Source: Rhynchopus sp. YZ270_cl-10
Taxonomy: Eukaryota
Assembly (NCBI GenBank): GCA_964035575.1
Contig: OZ037842.1
Span: forward strand, 1,116,001 to 1,180,000
Length of the DNA: 64,000 nt
Direction of reading: 5' to 3'
Shown one piece after another: positions 27,979 through 40,800 of the stretch (the first letter of the stretch is position 1; the number at the start of each line of letters is the position of its first letter). Under the pieces are notes generated by a model, which did no database searches, was not told the DNA's origin, and was given only the letters and a program-made list of their open reading frames with translations. The position numbers and the translations under genes were made by a program.

Positions 27979-29931
27979 ACTTTGAAGAAGAAAAACAATT
28001 GCTATCGAAAAAAACGGGGTATGCTGTGGATAAGGGGCTCGATAATCATTTACTCGATGGTTGCAGAGGCTGACTCGGTTCCAGCTCGTAGTCATCCAGG
28101 CTCCACCTCATGTCGTCGTCGGAGCAGTGCGGAAGAAACACAAAATACACTGATGAAAGCTCGCTGTAGAACACACCAGACGACGTATCAGCACCCAACG
28201 GTGGTTTCGAACATTGGGCGCAGGGTTTTCCACAGCACACCCCGTTTCTTTCTTTCTTAGCAATTTGTTGTTTTTTGTTGTTGTTTTCCACACCTTCCTT
28301 CAGCCCCTGTACCCCTAGGCAAGATCTTTGCCTGCCCGCGCTTTGCCAAGAGGGAGAGAGTACGAACTGTGCGCTTTTTGTCTGTTTTTTAGTGTTGCCC
28401 CCCCTTCGGAATTGTATTAACACACATTTTTTTTCTCGAGTTTCTGCAAACGAGGTTCGTTTTACACCTACCTATGCCCACATAAAAAATCCTAGTCTTT
28501 TTTAGGTGTGGTGGTGGCAATATCAAGGCTCATCTTCTCACTCTATACCCCTCTTCTGTTTGCATGACACTCTGGATAGGAGCTTGCATGATTCCCCTCG
28601 ATTTTCTCTAAAAATAAATAAATATTAACAGGGCTCGTTGCTACACTGTGATTTTTTTTTTTCTAAGTTTTCAAAAAAATGAAATACCAATAAAAAAAAA
28701 AACACACAATATAACCGTGTATGGGCATCTGCTACACTTTTTTATCCCAACAAGAGTATACAACCGCAACGGAGAACACACGATATCCGTTTCCCTGCAT
28801 CGAGATCTGGGGGGGTTTTTTGGACGAGCATATTTTCGGGAAGGGTTCACAGCGCCCCCCCAGTTAGGTGACTAGACAGAGGCTTAGGTTCATCTTACCA
28901 CCTTCATCTTCTTCATTAAGTAAGGTGACTAAGCATGAGAGTAACGAGATGTCCTATCATGAGAGCAACGAGAGGCTTAGGATCATCTTATAAACTTTTC
29001 TCTTCATTTTTTACAGTATTATTCAAACCCCCTTTCCCCTCATGTATCCCTTTCCAGGGAACCCAAAAAAATCGCGAATAAAATATTCTGAACCCCCACC
29101 CTTTCCTGCCTCACGCTTTCCTCCCTTCAAACACAACGTTGATGTTGTGACGTACCCAAACTGACAAGAGAGATTTGGAGTTGAGGACGATTTTTCTTTG
29201 CGTCTATATCTTATAAGTACAACGTCTTTGATCGCGACACCGTGTAGGAGCTACCTCTCGGTAGGTGATTGTCGATGAAACAAAAATTTTTTTTTTTTGG
29301 AAAGTGGATCAGGCCAGGGTCCTAGCTTGGTTTTGGAAAAAAATGCCAAATCTGGGTCAGAATTTTTTTTTTGGGTCAGCAGAGGTTTTGGGCCTTGGGG
29401 GGCTTGTCTTGGCTTTTTTGGGTTTTCCGAGCTCTACCCTCACTGTGGTGGGGTCATTTCAGAAAAATGGACAAGTTCTTGACTGATACAAATTTTGGCC
29501 ACTACGACTAGTGTTGCTCACAACGTTAAGTGGAACGCTACTATAACCATAAAAATCACTCCCCGTTCATAGATCACCCAACACAAAATATATAAAATGG
29601 CGCCGCAGGCGAAAAAAATTAGGGTACGGTGTAAAAATGTAGCTTTTTACACCACAGAGTCACTCTACGAACCCTTTTTTGCGGAGCAAAAAAGGAAAAA
29701 TGGCGCCGCAGGCAATAAAAATTGGGTCCAGCCCTGGACGGTGCCGGATTTTTTTGTCGATATTTTTTTTTCTTACCCCAGAAAAGGTGGTGGGCCCCCC
29801 AAAGAGGGGAAAAAATCAGAATTTCCCAATTTCCAAATTAATTAATTCCCTTTTTTTTTTTTTTTTGTGGGTCGCGACCCAGGCACTTGGGTCAGCTTGA
29901 CCCACTGACCCAGGCAAGCTAGGACTCTGGA

Positions 29932-30230
29932 TCAGGCTCTCCGCTAGGATTTCCGATTTTGAAAATGTTCTGTTGATGGTCCACGTGGCGGGGTACATGC
30001 TTGCGCCGCAGGCGCACGGTACGCAACTTTTTTTTTTTTCAACGCCCGATTTTGACTTTTTTGGGACGTTTGAGCACTCACCTCTCCATATCTTCTTCTC
30101 CTGAGCTTTTTTGACAGGTAGAACGGGTCTGAACCACTTAGCAGAACTTTTTTTTTTTTTCTTTTTTTCCCCATTTTCAAAAAGTTCTGTTGACAATCAA
30201 CAGAACTTTAGTACCTAGCGGAGTGCCTGA
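29932..30230. mobile_element. MITE-like element with 17-bp TIR (TCAGGCTCTCCGCTAGG, 1 mismatch)
   Basis: Inverted repeat 29932-29948 / 30214-30230. Internal GCGCCGCAGGCGCACGGTACGC motif and a perfect 13-bp hairpin at 30181-30209. Confidence 0.65.
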
Positions 30231-30303
30231 AGTGGATATTGCACAACGGAGGCAACTACACTAATCCAACAATTTGTCAAAAAAAAAATAACAAAAGAAA
30301 ATA

Positions 30304-30386
30304 ACCACCGTCTTGCTCCCTGCATCCTACCTTGGGTTGTACCCAAAACCTTGTGGGTGCAGGGTATGTACAATGGAGGGAGAGAT
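30304..30386 (+). ncRNA. Putative single-hairpin AGA-box H/ACA-like snoRNA, copy 1
   Basis: Lower stem CC-CCGT/ATGG-GG, pocket CTTGCT / TATGTACA, upper stem CCCTGCATCC/GGGTGCAGGG, and AGA 16 nt after the upper stem. Confidence 0.6.
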
Positions 30387-30416
30387 CGTTATGGGAGAGA
30401 CAGCAGAACCACTCGC

Positions 30417-30499
30417 ACCACCGTCTTGCTCTCTGTGTCCGAATTGGGTAGTATGCCCTAACCTTGTGGGCACAGAGTATGTACAATGGAGGGAGATCC
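30417..30499 (+). ncRNA. Putative single-hairpin AGA-box H/ACA-like snoRNA, copy 2
   Basis: Same pocket and tail as copy 1. Upper stem CTCTGTGTCC/GGGCACAGAG carries compensatory changes; AGA at 30494. Confidence 0.6.
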
Positions 30500-30616
30500 C
30501 GCTATCTTTTAAGACAAGAGTAGCAACTTTTGATGAAACCTTTAGTGGAGTAGCTCATTCTTGTGTCTACACTAAAACCAAGCCAAAACAAACGCAAACA
30601 ATGCCTAACCAAAAAC

Positions 30617-30699
30617 ACCACCGTCTTGCTCTCTGTGTCCGAATTGGGTAGTATGCCCTAACCTTGTGGACACAGAGTATGTACAATGGAGGGAGATTC
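30617..30699 (+). ncRNA. Putative single-hairpin AGA-box H/ACA-like snoRNA, copy 3
   Basis: Near-identical to copy 2. Upper stem CTCTGTGTCC/GGACACAGAG; AGA at 30694. Confidence 0.6.
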
Positions 30700-30823
30700 G
30701 CATATTGCATAGGAAAAACTTCAAGAAAACCCTACTAAAAAAACATCCTCAAACCCTTTCAGGCCTTTTTTGACTATTTACACTTTTTTTTTTTGTTTGA
30801 AATAAACAAAAAGATAATACACA

Positions 30824-31351
30824 ATGACCACCGATGCTGAACAAAATCGCAAGAAAAGCGGTGCTGGAAAACCTGCGCCAAGCAGAATGCAAATGGACTT
30901 GACTGACGAACAGGAGGCCGACTTGAAGGAGGCTTTTAACCTTCTTGACAGCGAAGGCTATGGTACCATTGATGCACGCGACTTGAAGGTTGCACTGCGT
31001 GCTTTGGGATACGAACCGCAAAAGGACAAAATGAAGAAGATCATTTCCGAGATTGACAAAGACTCGATGTCAGGGACATTGCTGTACGAAGAGTTCAAAC
31101 GCATTATGACAGAGAAGCTTTTCGACTACGAAAACGACGAAGAAATCCGCATCGCCTTTCCCCTCTTTACAGAGGGAAAGTCCAAGTACATCACAGTAGA
31201 CGACCTGAAGCGGGTCGCTTCAGAACTCGGCGAAACTCTCACCGAAGAAGTCTACCTAGAAATGGTGCGCGAAGCAGACGTCCTCGACCACGACGGCAAA
31301 ATCTCAGAGGAGGAATTCCATCGAGTGATGAAGAGGGAGAATGCTTATTGA
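30824..31351 (+). CDS. Centrin-like EF-hand calcium-binding protein
   Basis: [32 protein letters not shown] is centrin-like. Four EF-hand positions ([23 protein letters not shown]), some degenerate. Confidence 0.85.
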   Translation: MTTDAEQNRKKSGAGKPAPSRMQMDLTDEQEADLKEAFNLLDSEGYGTIDARDLKVALRALGYEPQKDKMKKIISEIDKDSMSGTLLYEEFKRIMTEKLFDYENDEEIRIAFPLFTEGKSKYITVDDLKRVASELGETLTEEVYLEMVREADVLDHDGKISEEEFHRVMKRENAY

Positions 31352-31827
31352 AAAAAAAAGCGGAGGAGGAGGGGTGGGGTCTTTTACACTTAAATACGTT
31401 GTTTTTTTTAAAATAGTGAGTGTTTTGTTTTTGTGCAAAATAAAAAAAAGATAGTCGTTTCAGATTTGAACTCTGTGTTTTTTCCCATACGGTCTTTCGC
31501 TCTGCACTCCTTTATTGGCAGAGAGGTAACGAAAATGGAGGGATAGCATCTAGCGTCGCTTTCACTTCGTGAGATGGGAACGGAATTCGTCCCGTTTTAG
31601 GATAGGAGTGTGCATCAGCCCCAAGTGTTTCCCAGTAATGTCGGCCGCGGCTTGCGTTAATTTATTTGACAGATGGTAGCCTTTACCTTGACTTTTTTTT
31701 TAGTCGGCAGTGCCTGCGTCCAGCGTTTGCACTATCAACTTCACTTTCCCCTCACAACACTTCACACTCATTCCTCATCTTTTAGAACTCCGCCCCACAA
31801 CGGAGCACACAATTTGTCGGGCAATAA

Positions 31828-34800
31828 ATGTTTGAGTTGCGGTGGCAGCTTCCCCACCGATTACTTCTGCTAGTGTCTGTGGCGGGTGTGTGTAGTGCGG
31901 ACCACGACTCGAACGAATGGTGCCTTCCGAGCCGGTACAACCCTGTGAACTTCAGCGTACAGCAGGGTGTGCCCAACTCTGAGGCAAAGACCCTGACAGA
32001 CACGAAGCCGCAGATCCTTCTCAACAACGTCCCCTTTGAAGTGAAGGGTGTTGGCTATTCCCCAATCCCACCAGGCAAGAACACGCTCCTCGAAGTCTTC
32101 GACTACTTCACAGACGACCGCTCCTTCATATGGAAACGTGATATTCCCGTGATCGCCTCGATGGGTGCCAACGTCATCCGTACCTGGTCCTGGGATGCAA
32201 CCAAAGACCATACCGGCTTTCTTGATTACTGCAATGACCACGGCCTCAGCGTTCTTGTTCCCTTTCTCATGACCACAGCGGAATACCCAAAGCTCGCAGA
32301 CCCGAGTACGATTCATCAGGTGCTCATTGATTTCAAAGCGTTTGTGAATAGGGTGAAGAACCATCCCGCTCTATTCGGTTACATGATCGGGAACGAACTG
32401 AACGAAGAGTTTGCAGGGCAGCTCGATGAGCTGTTCTCTTTGGTGAACACCATGGTGGAGATACGCGACAGCATCGACCCTGCGCTGCACCCAATCACAG
32501 TCCCGTTCAGCGACTCGCAGTTCATCGACGAACTCGTCGTGAAGTACTACCCATGGCTCAAGATCGACTTCTGGTCGCTCCAGATCTACCGCGACGCAGA
32601 CAACATCGAAAAGATCAGCGAGGAGTACACAAAGCTTTTTCTGAAGGCAGACCCAAACCCACCGCCGTTAACACCTGTAGGACCGAATGACGCCATTTTC
32701 CAATATTTGCCGACGAAACCACTTGTCTTCACTGAGTATGGTCTGGATGCTTTGCTTGAAATGAAGTGCGACTCTTGGAACAAAACGTGCACCCTTAAGG
32801 ACCTGAACCTCATTACCAACCACAACCGTGACATCCCTACAAACGACACAAAGCAGGCCGAAGGTTTCTGCACACGCTTTGCCTCAATTCACAAAGCGAC
32901 GGCAGAAGTCGACGACCAGGACGCACTGCGCTACGTCAGCGGTGGTGTTGTCATGGAGTACTGCGACGAGTGGTGGAAGGGCACGTTCCCCGACGTGCGC
33001 CGTGCCGGCTGCCCAAACCAGCGCACGGATATCCACACCTACTGCAGCCAGAACATCAACAAACACAACAACGGCACAGCATACTTTCTGCATGAGGAGT
33101 GGCTCGGCATCTTCGCACAGATCCCTGCCCTCTCCTCCGACACCGACCTCATCCAGCAGATGGACTACTGCCTTGAACCACGCCTCGCGTTTTGCGTTCT
33201 TTCCAAAAGCTTTCAGAACCCAGAGGACACATGCAAGGATGTGTACCAGATGTGTGCAGACGACGTGTCCTGGCAGCATCATCGTTGCGCATCACGCAAG
33301 CAGATGTCGAACAACATAATTCTTGTCTGGATTGTGCCGCCTATTGCCGTTTTCTGCGCAGTCTTTTACATTCTCCTTGTGAAAGTGGGGCGCAGCTGGC
33401 GGGAGCTTTGCGCTACTTTGCTGCCGCCGTTTATGGGGTTCTTCAGGGATGAGGATGACACCGCGATATTGGACGAGGTGCAGAGCATTGCACCTACGCA
33501 GGATCGGCTTTCGATAGCGACTGCGAATAACGTGCGCGACGGGGGTGTGCTTGATGACGACGACGAAGACGACGAATACGGTGCAGACGAGAAGTCCAGC
33601 CTTGTGCGGACACACAACAGCACGATGAGCGCAGGTGTGCACAGCAGGACACGCGCCGTCTCGCCCTCGCAGTTCTCGCAAGGGTCGAACTGTGCAAACC
33701 GCCAGGTGCACGCCCCCCTGCGCGATGAAAGGGCCTCCTCCCTAGTGGAGAGGACCAACGCAGACATCGTGGCAAGCACCCTCAGTGAGCTCAGGGTGAG
33801 GGTGTCGGGAGCGTTCTGGTACTTCACAGCGTCGCCCTCGCAGAAGAGACACTTCGATGCATGGGGTACAGGAGCGTTCGGCCCCGCACACACAACGTCG
33901 CTTGCGCACTTCCTGACAGTGGAGCTCCCGAAGCAGCTGACGTGTCCACACTTTGCAGTGTCGCAGCGCAGGCTTGTACACATGATCTCAGACGTCTTCC
34001 AGCGCTACTGCTTCAACCTCAGCAACACAGAGCAGCAGGCCCGCGAATCGCTCAGAGACGCCATCAGGATTGTCCACGAGAAGTACTGCGAAGGCTACTT
34101 CCTCTACATGGGGAAGGAGGCCGTGCCCGTCCCGGACAGGGAGGATATGCACTGCTTCGACATGCTGAAGCGCCTCGCACTCTACATGATCATTCAACAG
34201 TGGAGTGGGACAATCAACCATTCTCCCGAAAAGATTTGTGAGTTGCTGGATTGGGCAGAAAAGTACTTCGCCGTCGGCGAGCCAGATGAGAACACAAAAA
34301 GCCTCGACAGCGAGTCTTCAGAAGAGCGCAGGCAGGCGTGCGACACATTATGGATGAGACGTATTTTGCGGATATCGGGTTTTCACCACGGGACAGTTGA
34401 AATTGCACGGACATATTGCATGAAAGTCGACAAAGAGAACTATTCCTTTGACGACATCAATACCGACTCCATGTACAGAATCAAAAGGATCGTGCAAAAT
34501 AGCTCAAAGACGCACATCTCGCGTCTCATCGATGATACCATCACCACGGCCCACGAGGACCTTCTTAAAGAGAGCTATGAGTTCTACTCCAGCAAGGAGT
34601 ACATCATGGGGACTGAGGGCGACCTGCTCCCTCTCAAGGCGGATATCGAGAAGAGGGTGAGCACAATACACGGCACCCATTTGGAGTATAACAGGGCTGC
34701 GCGGCAGGAGAACTGTGTGCTGTCCGATTACGGGCGCAAATTTTTCAACGGGCGGTTCTCGAAAGAGGGTGAGAACTTCCAGCTGGACCAGTCGGAGGAG

Positions 34801-37800
34801 CCGCTGAAGTTCTTCCCGAAGGATATTGCCTTTCCGCAGAGGGGTGGGGTGATTTCGTTGATTGTGAACTATCAGTGGCTTATTAGGTACTTGCTGTGGC
34901 AGAACTTGATTGCCGCATATGTGCAGCCGCTTGGCGTGCCAGAGTGTTCTCAGTGGTTCTTCCTGAACCGACTTGCGGTGCTCGACTCTGGCTTCTGCCT
35001 GCTCTGCACCACATTCCACTACGTGACGTTGAGGCGCTTCAAGCGCAGGCTCCTGATTGAATTCTGGTGCTATTTGATTTTCTTTGTTCTCATTATTTTC
35101 ACGATTTCTACGAATTCGTTTCTTCAGTTTGTTTGTGAGTACTTTGATGGGGGGTGCGACAAAAACAAAGGACCGGTGGTGAACATTGGTGCAGGAGTCA
35201 CAGTCGACGTCGCCACCACGTACCTCGTTATTTCGTTCCTGTGGGCTGCGGGTGACGAGGCGCGTCTCCTCTCGCATCTGCAGATCTCGCAGGTGCACAA
35301 GTTGAGTGGGCGTTTCCGGAACCTCAACTTTGCACGAAAAGTGATGTTCGTCCGGCTGGCTTACATTATACCTACGGCCATCTCGTTGGGGACCGGTGGG
35401 GTGCTGATGTTTGCTGATCTCTACAAGGTATGTGTTTGACACTGTTGTTGTCACGTTTGGGGTTTTCGGTGTTGTAAAGTATGCGAAAGACGTGTTTGTG
35501 TGGTAGCTACAATGAAGAACTCACCAGACTGTCAAAAATCTAGAAGCAAACCCCAGGCGGATATCTACACTAATATGGCCAATATTTCAAAAAAGAACAA
35601 AAAACAAAAACAAAAAAATTTGAACAGTTTTCCGTGTGGGATTGGTGGCCAACAATGGACTCATGGATTGTCCTCGCTGCAATGGGCCTGCTGCCGTGTC
35701 TGACTGGTTGGGTTGTGTCGAACAAGATCATTGCACGTGGTAATATGGCCTCCCATATCAAGAGCGAGTCTTCGTACATTGTATGTCCCCTATCCTCCCC
35801 CTGTATCCTTTTGTAGATGTAGAGAGGGCGAAATGCGAACGTTTTTGTGGCGATATTAGTATTCCGCTATTTTTTTGCTCATCTTAATAAATCATTTGTT
35901 GGTCCCCTGAAGTGGGTAAGAAGTCCAAAATTTCCACTTTTTTCAATCTCTTTTCCCCATTATTCAGCTTGCAAACCTGATTTTTTGGACCTGCTACTTT
36001 GTACTGAACTGGTTGCTTGCGTACCACATTCTGATTCCTTCTGTTGACAACGTAGACTTCGATATCTGCGGCTGCACAGAAGGTTCCATGGCGTTGACCC
36101 AGTCACAGCTGGAGGTGTGCGAGGAGAAGATCCAGCTGATGTGCAATGTCGCTGTTGTGTTTGTGTGGATCAGTGCGTACCTGGTCTCATTTGTGTTTCT
36201 CTTTGCTTCGTATGAGGTGCTTCTGCTTGTTTTTGGTGTTGCGAGGGGGAAGTACATTCGTGTGGGGAATGTCCAGAACTGGCATGATGCTGGGGAGAAC
36301 TGGTATTCTATTTTGTGTAACTCTTTGAAGAACATTTCTCGTGCGTACCGTGACGACTCAGAGGACAGCACCAATGCTGTGCGGGGCGAGAAGGGATTGA
36401 ACAGTGCGCAGGCGTTTGCTTGGAATAGCTTTGTGGATGCGATGGAGGGCGACTACCTTTTGAGCAGTGCCGAGGGCAGCGCGCTGCGTGTCGAGTTCAG
36501 CAATGGGAGCAACGACGACGACAAGAAGTTTACCCCCAACTTTGGGATGAAGCCGCAGTCGTCCGAAGCACAGCGAAGAGTAGTGACGTATCTGTGGGGG
36601 CTAGAGTCGCTGTCTGCGCATGAAGGCAACCGTGAAAACTCTGACGTCTGCGTTGATGACCAGAAGCTGCACTTCACCCCCGAGGCAAACAAAACCCACC
36701 GTGTCGCCTGCATGCCTTCCCTCACAACGCTCATCCCCGTCTACAACGAGCCCGTCCTCTACAACAGCGACATGCTCAAGGTCACGCGTCCCAAAGGTAC
36801 CTCCTCAAAGCGTATCTCAGAAATTGAGTACCTCACCCTAGTCTACACAGCGGAGTGGGCAAACTTCGCGGCAAAGATGGCCACAAAGCACAAAGGCAAA
36901 TGGTGTCAAGACTCCGAAGAGAACGTAGGAACAGATCTCCTCAACGCTTTCATGGGGCCGAACTTCTCACCCTTCCCCTTCAAGGAAGGGCAGGATGCAG
37001 AGATTATCAGTGAAATCGAGTTTTGGGCGACAAACTGTGGGCAGACTTTGGCCCGTACGATCAAGGGTCTGAGCAATACCCGTGAGGGTCTGCTGCAGCT
37101 CTGTATGGTAGAGGAGTACGACCTGCTCACCCCTGTGCAGATCATGGAGTTGATAAGCAGCAAGTACCAGATGCTGATCTCTCACCAAACGTTCAATCCA
37201 CAGAACATTGGCAAGAAGACGAAGAAAGGCGAGCACACCGTGCAGGAGAACGCAGTGCTGCAGACCTTCCAGCGTGAGAAGTACTTCGAGTTGGTCACCA
37301 ACGACGACACACAGTTTCAGTCCCATTCGTGGGTGTTGCGGAAGCAGCTCATTTACCCTGCCCTCCCCTCAGAGCACAAAGGCTGCGAAAACAAAGTGCA
37401 GAGCAGTCTCGAAGACTGCGCAAAGGTGATCAAAGCCATGGAGAAGGAGCAGGACGTTCAGATTGGTGCTCAGTTCGACATTCTGAACAGATGGCATCGC
37501 GATCCTACGCGGACGACACCGTTTCCAGTGGGCGCGCTTGTTCGGGTCAACTTTAATGGGCGTGTTAAGGAGGAGCACTTTGGGCGCAAAACATCACATG
37601 AACTTCCGTACTATGCACAGCACAGCGTGTGTGCGGGGCAGTGGGTGGAGGCTGTCGTGGTTGCGTGCAAGGAGGTGCCGTCCACGGGGCGGCGGATGCA
37701 GTTGCGCACTTCGGCCATCTCCACGAAGGTGAACTTTGTTGCGTCTCCGTCGGACGGCGCAGACAGGCAGCAGGCGGCAGCTCTGGTGCTGCAGGACGTG

Positions 37801-40800
37801 ACTGCGGGGACGTGCAGAGGGGTCTACATCAATGCAGACAGAGGCAACTGCTTTGGCGACACGAACTTAGCAGGGTGGACCATCACCAGGGTGTCCGTCA
37901 CTCCAGAGGATGGCCCAGACTCCGAAGACAAGACCACACTCAAAGGCATCACGGAGTTGCTCAAACGGGACGTGATGGTTGATATCTCACTCCGTAAGTT
38001 TGGCCGCTGGGGAGACTACGACCTTGCGCAGTACGAAGTCGAGCTCGAGGACAGCCACGTCGACATTCACAGCATGGGTATAGATGCAGAGCGCGTCCGC
38101 GAACATAACGGCAAGACAATTATCATCGGTGTCAACACAGAGTACATCCAGCCCTTCCCCTTCCATGCACTCACCGTGCAGCGTGTCTCGCCACTCCGCA
38201 TTGGTGAGGGCAAGGCTGAAAACCAAATACACGCACTCCCCTTCGCTAAGGGGCAGGTCATCCAAGCGATGGACATGAATCAGTACGCCACGTCCGAGCA
38301 GGGCATGAAGATCCCGTTTCTCCTGAACGACTATTTTGCGATCCCAGGGAAACACCTGATGCAATCCGTGGCAGACCGATGGGACCACTCTCTGTTGATT
38401 CCTCCGTTCCGGATTGTGGGCTTTCCTGAACATTGTTTCACCCGAGCGTTGTCGATGGTGGGGGAGCTGATGGGTGCTGCGGAGTGGTGCTTTGTGACGA
38501 TCAACCAGCGGGTTTTGAACTGGCCACTGCGCATTAGGATGCACTATGGGCATCCAGACTTCTTTGATGGATACTGGGTGCGGACTAGGGGTGGTACTTC
38601 GAAGGCGTCCCCGAAGGTGAACACAAACGAGGACATCTTCGCTGGGTACGAAATGCTTGCGCGTGGCGAGCGGGGATCCTACGTTGAGTTCATGGAGGTG
38701 CAGAAGGGACGTGAGACAGCCTTCAAGAATGCATACGTCTTTGAGTCTAAGCTGGCGCAGGGCGCTGCACAGCAGATCCGTTCCTACGATCTCTACACTT
38801 TGAACAGAAAGCTCGACATTTTCCAGAGGTTTTCCCTCTTCTACGGGTCCATTGCGTTTTACATGACGAACTTCATTATGTCAATCTCCATCAACTACTA
38901 CATCCTGAGCATCGTGTTGTTCAGCATGAGTGGCGTGACGTACCATCAGCTGGGTCTGCTGGATGCGATCATCGCGATCCCATGGCTCTTCCAGATCGGA
39001 TACGTGCTTGCCATTCCGATGGTCGTGGAGTTGATAGTCCAGAAGGGGCTGCTCACGGGGATAGGGGAGTTTCTTACTACGCTCCCTGTTGCCATTATCT
39101 TCTTTATTTTCCACATGAGGACGAAGACCTACTACTTCGGGAAAGGGCTTCTCGTTGGTGCTGGCGGCTATGCGTCTACAGGGCGTGGGTTCGGTCTCGA
39201 TCGAAGTGACCCAAAAGAGATGTACCAAACCTACGCAGAGTCGCACTTCAAAGAAGGTATAATCCCCACTCTCCTGATAATTCGTATACCTTAATGTGAG
39301 GGATGCTTGGTGCAGACTGTGGTAGTTTCAAAAAGAGATAATCATTTTAATGACGATGGATGTGCGGTGAGTGGCTTTGAACTTTGTGTATTTATTATTG
39401 ATAAAACCAAACCTTCACACCATACAGCACTGATAATCTTCATTTGCCTCACGTTGTACGCAATCCACGGGAGCGACCCGATTCTACCGTACTTAGCAAG
39501 GGTATGTGGCAGAAGAAAACAAAACGACCCCCTTTTTTAGGTAGCATCGTGTCATTACCCCAACGCCGTTGTGCAAAGCCTCAACCAACTCTTTTTTTTT
39601 TGCGGAGAACCGGAGCCCCTGCGTCGACAGAGGGTTTGCACTTCCCAGCCTCCATTTTCCCCCCATGTGCACCTTTATTTATATCCATTGGGCTTCCTTT
39701 TACACCTTCTGTCGTTGGCCACAGGGTATTTGTGCTTTCATCCATGGTTGGCATCGTATGTGGGTCAGTTGAGGTGCTACCAATTGCTATTATCTTTTTA
39801 TTTCACATCAACTTCACTTTTATTTTACGGTGACTAAGGACGAGAGGCTAGGATCATCTTATAAACTTTTCTTTTATTTTGGGTGTGCACATTGAGCACA
39901 GTACGCAACGTGGAGGGGTGTCAGCAACGCAGTGCTTCACAGCGCCTGCTATACAACGTTGCGCCTGATCTTTCGTCACATTTCAACTTCTCTTGCACAC
40001 CCAACCTTCCCCCCTATCCACAGACATTTACGATCATCCTCATCTGCATTTCGTGGCTGTGGTCTCCTATTCTGTTTAACCCAATGACGACGACGCATGA
40101 GATCCATCATGGGTTTAAGAACATGATTGAGTGGCTTAAGACGAGTTCACGTGACACAACGCGTGAGGAGGTGGATGCCATGGAGGCAGGGCTTGAGGCT
40201 GTGCGGTGCAAGCGTGCGTTGCAGCTGGAGAACAACTTGACGGAGGAGGAGAACGAGCAGGGTGCGCTGGGATCGCCGTCGCACCCCTCATTCACAGGCT
40301 CGCAGGGGCGGGGGGAGGAGGAAGAGGAGGACGGTACGTCTGCTGCTGGCGCAAGCCCTGCGCGTGCAGTGACCCCAGACCCAGAGAGTGACCGCAACCA
40401 GCAGCTCACCCTTCTCGTCGACACAAAGCTCCGCCAGTGGTACAAAACTATCACCGCCGTCCGCGATGCCCCGTTTTCAACCAAATTCAAGTCAAGCAAA
40501 CGCGACATGCTCGCAAAAGACTCGGACAGAACAAAGGAGCTGATCCTCACCTTCGACACCCCTGCCAGCCACGCCGCCTTTGCAGAGGACAGATGCCGCC
40601 GTATGCTCATCAACCAGTTCCTCAACGGCTCGAACGACACAATAGACGTGCGCTGGCTGCAAATAGAAGACACAAACGTGTACATCATGCGTTGCACAGA
40701 CCAGGCCACACCAACGTCTCTCATGAACATCTACAGGCAGATCTGTGACGCAAGTGGCTGCATTTGTTTCACCTTCGCGGGGCAGGACATCACTGTCAAG

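Noticed and set aside
28110..28216. Hammerhead-like CTGATGA...CGAAAC
   Set aside because: The first pair of stem II would be A-C, and no stem I can form next to the candidate GTC.
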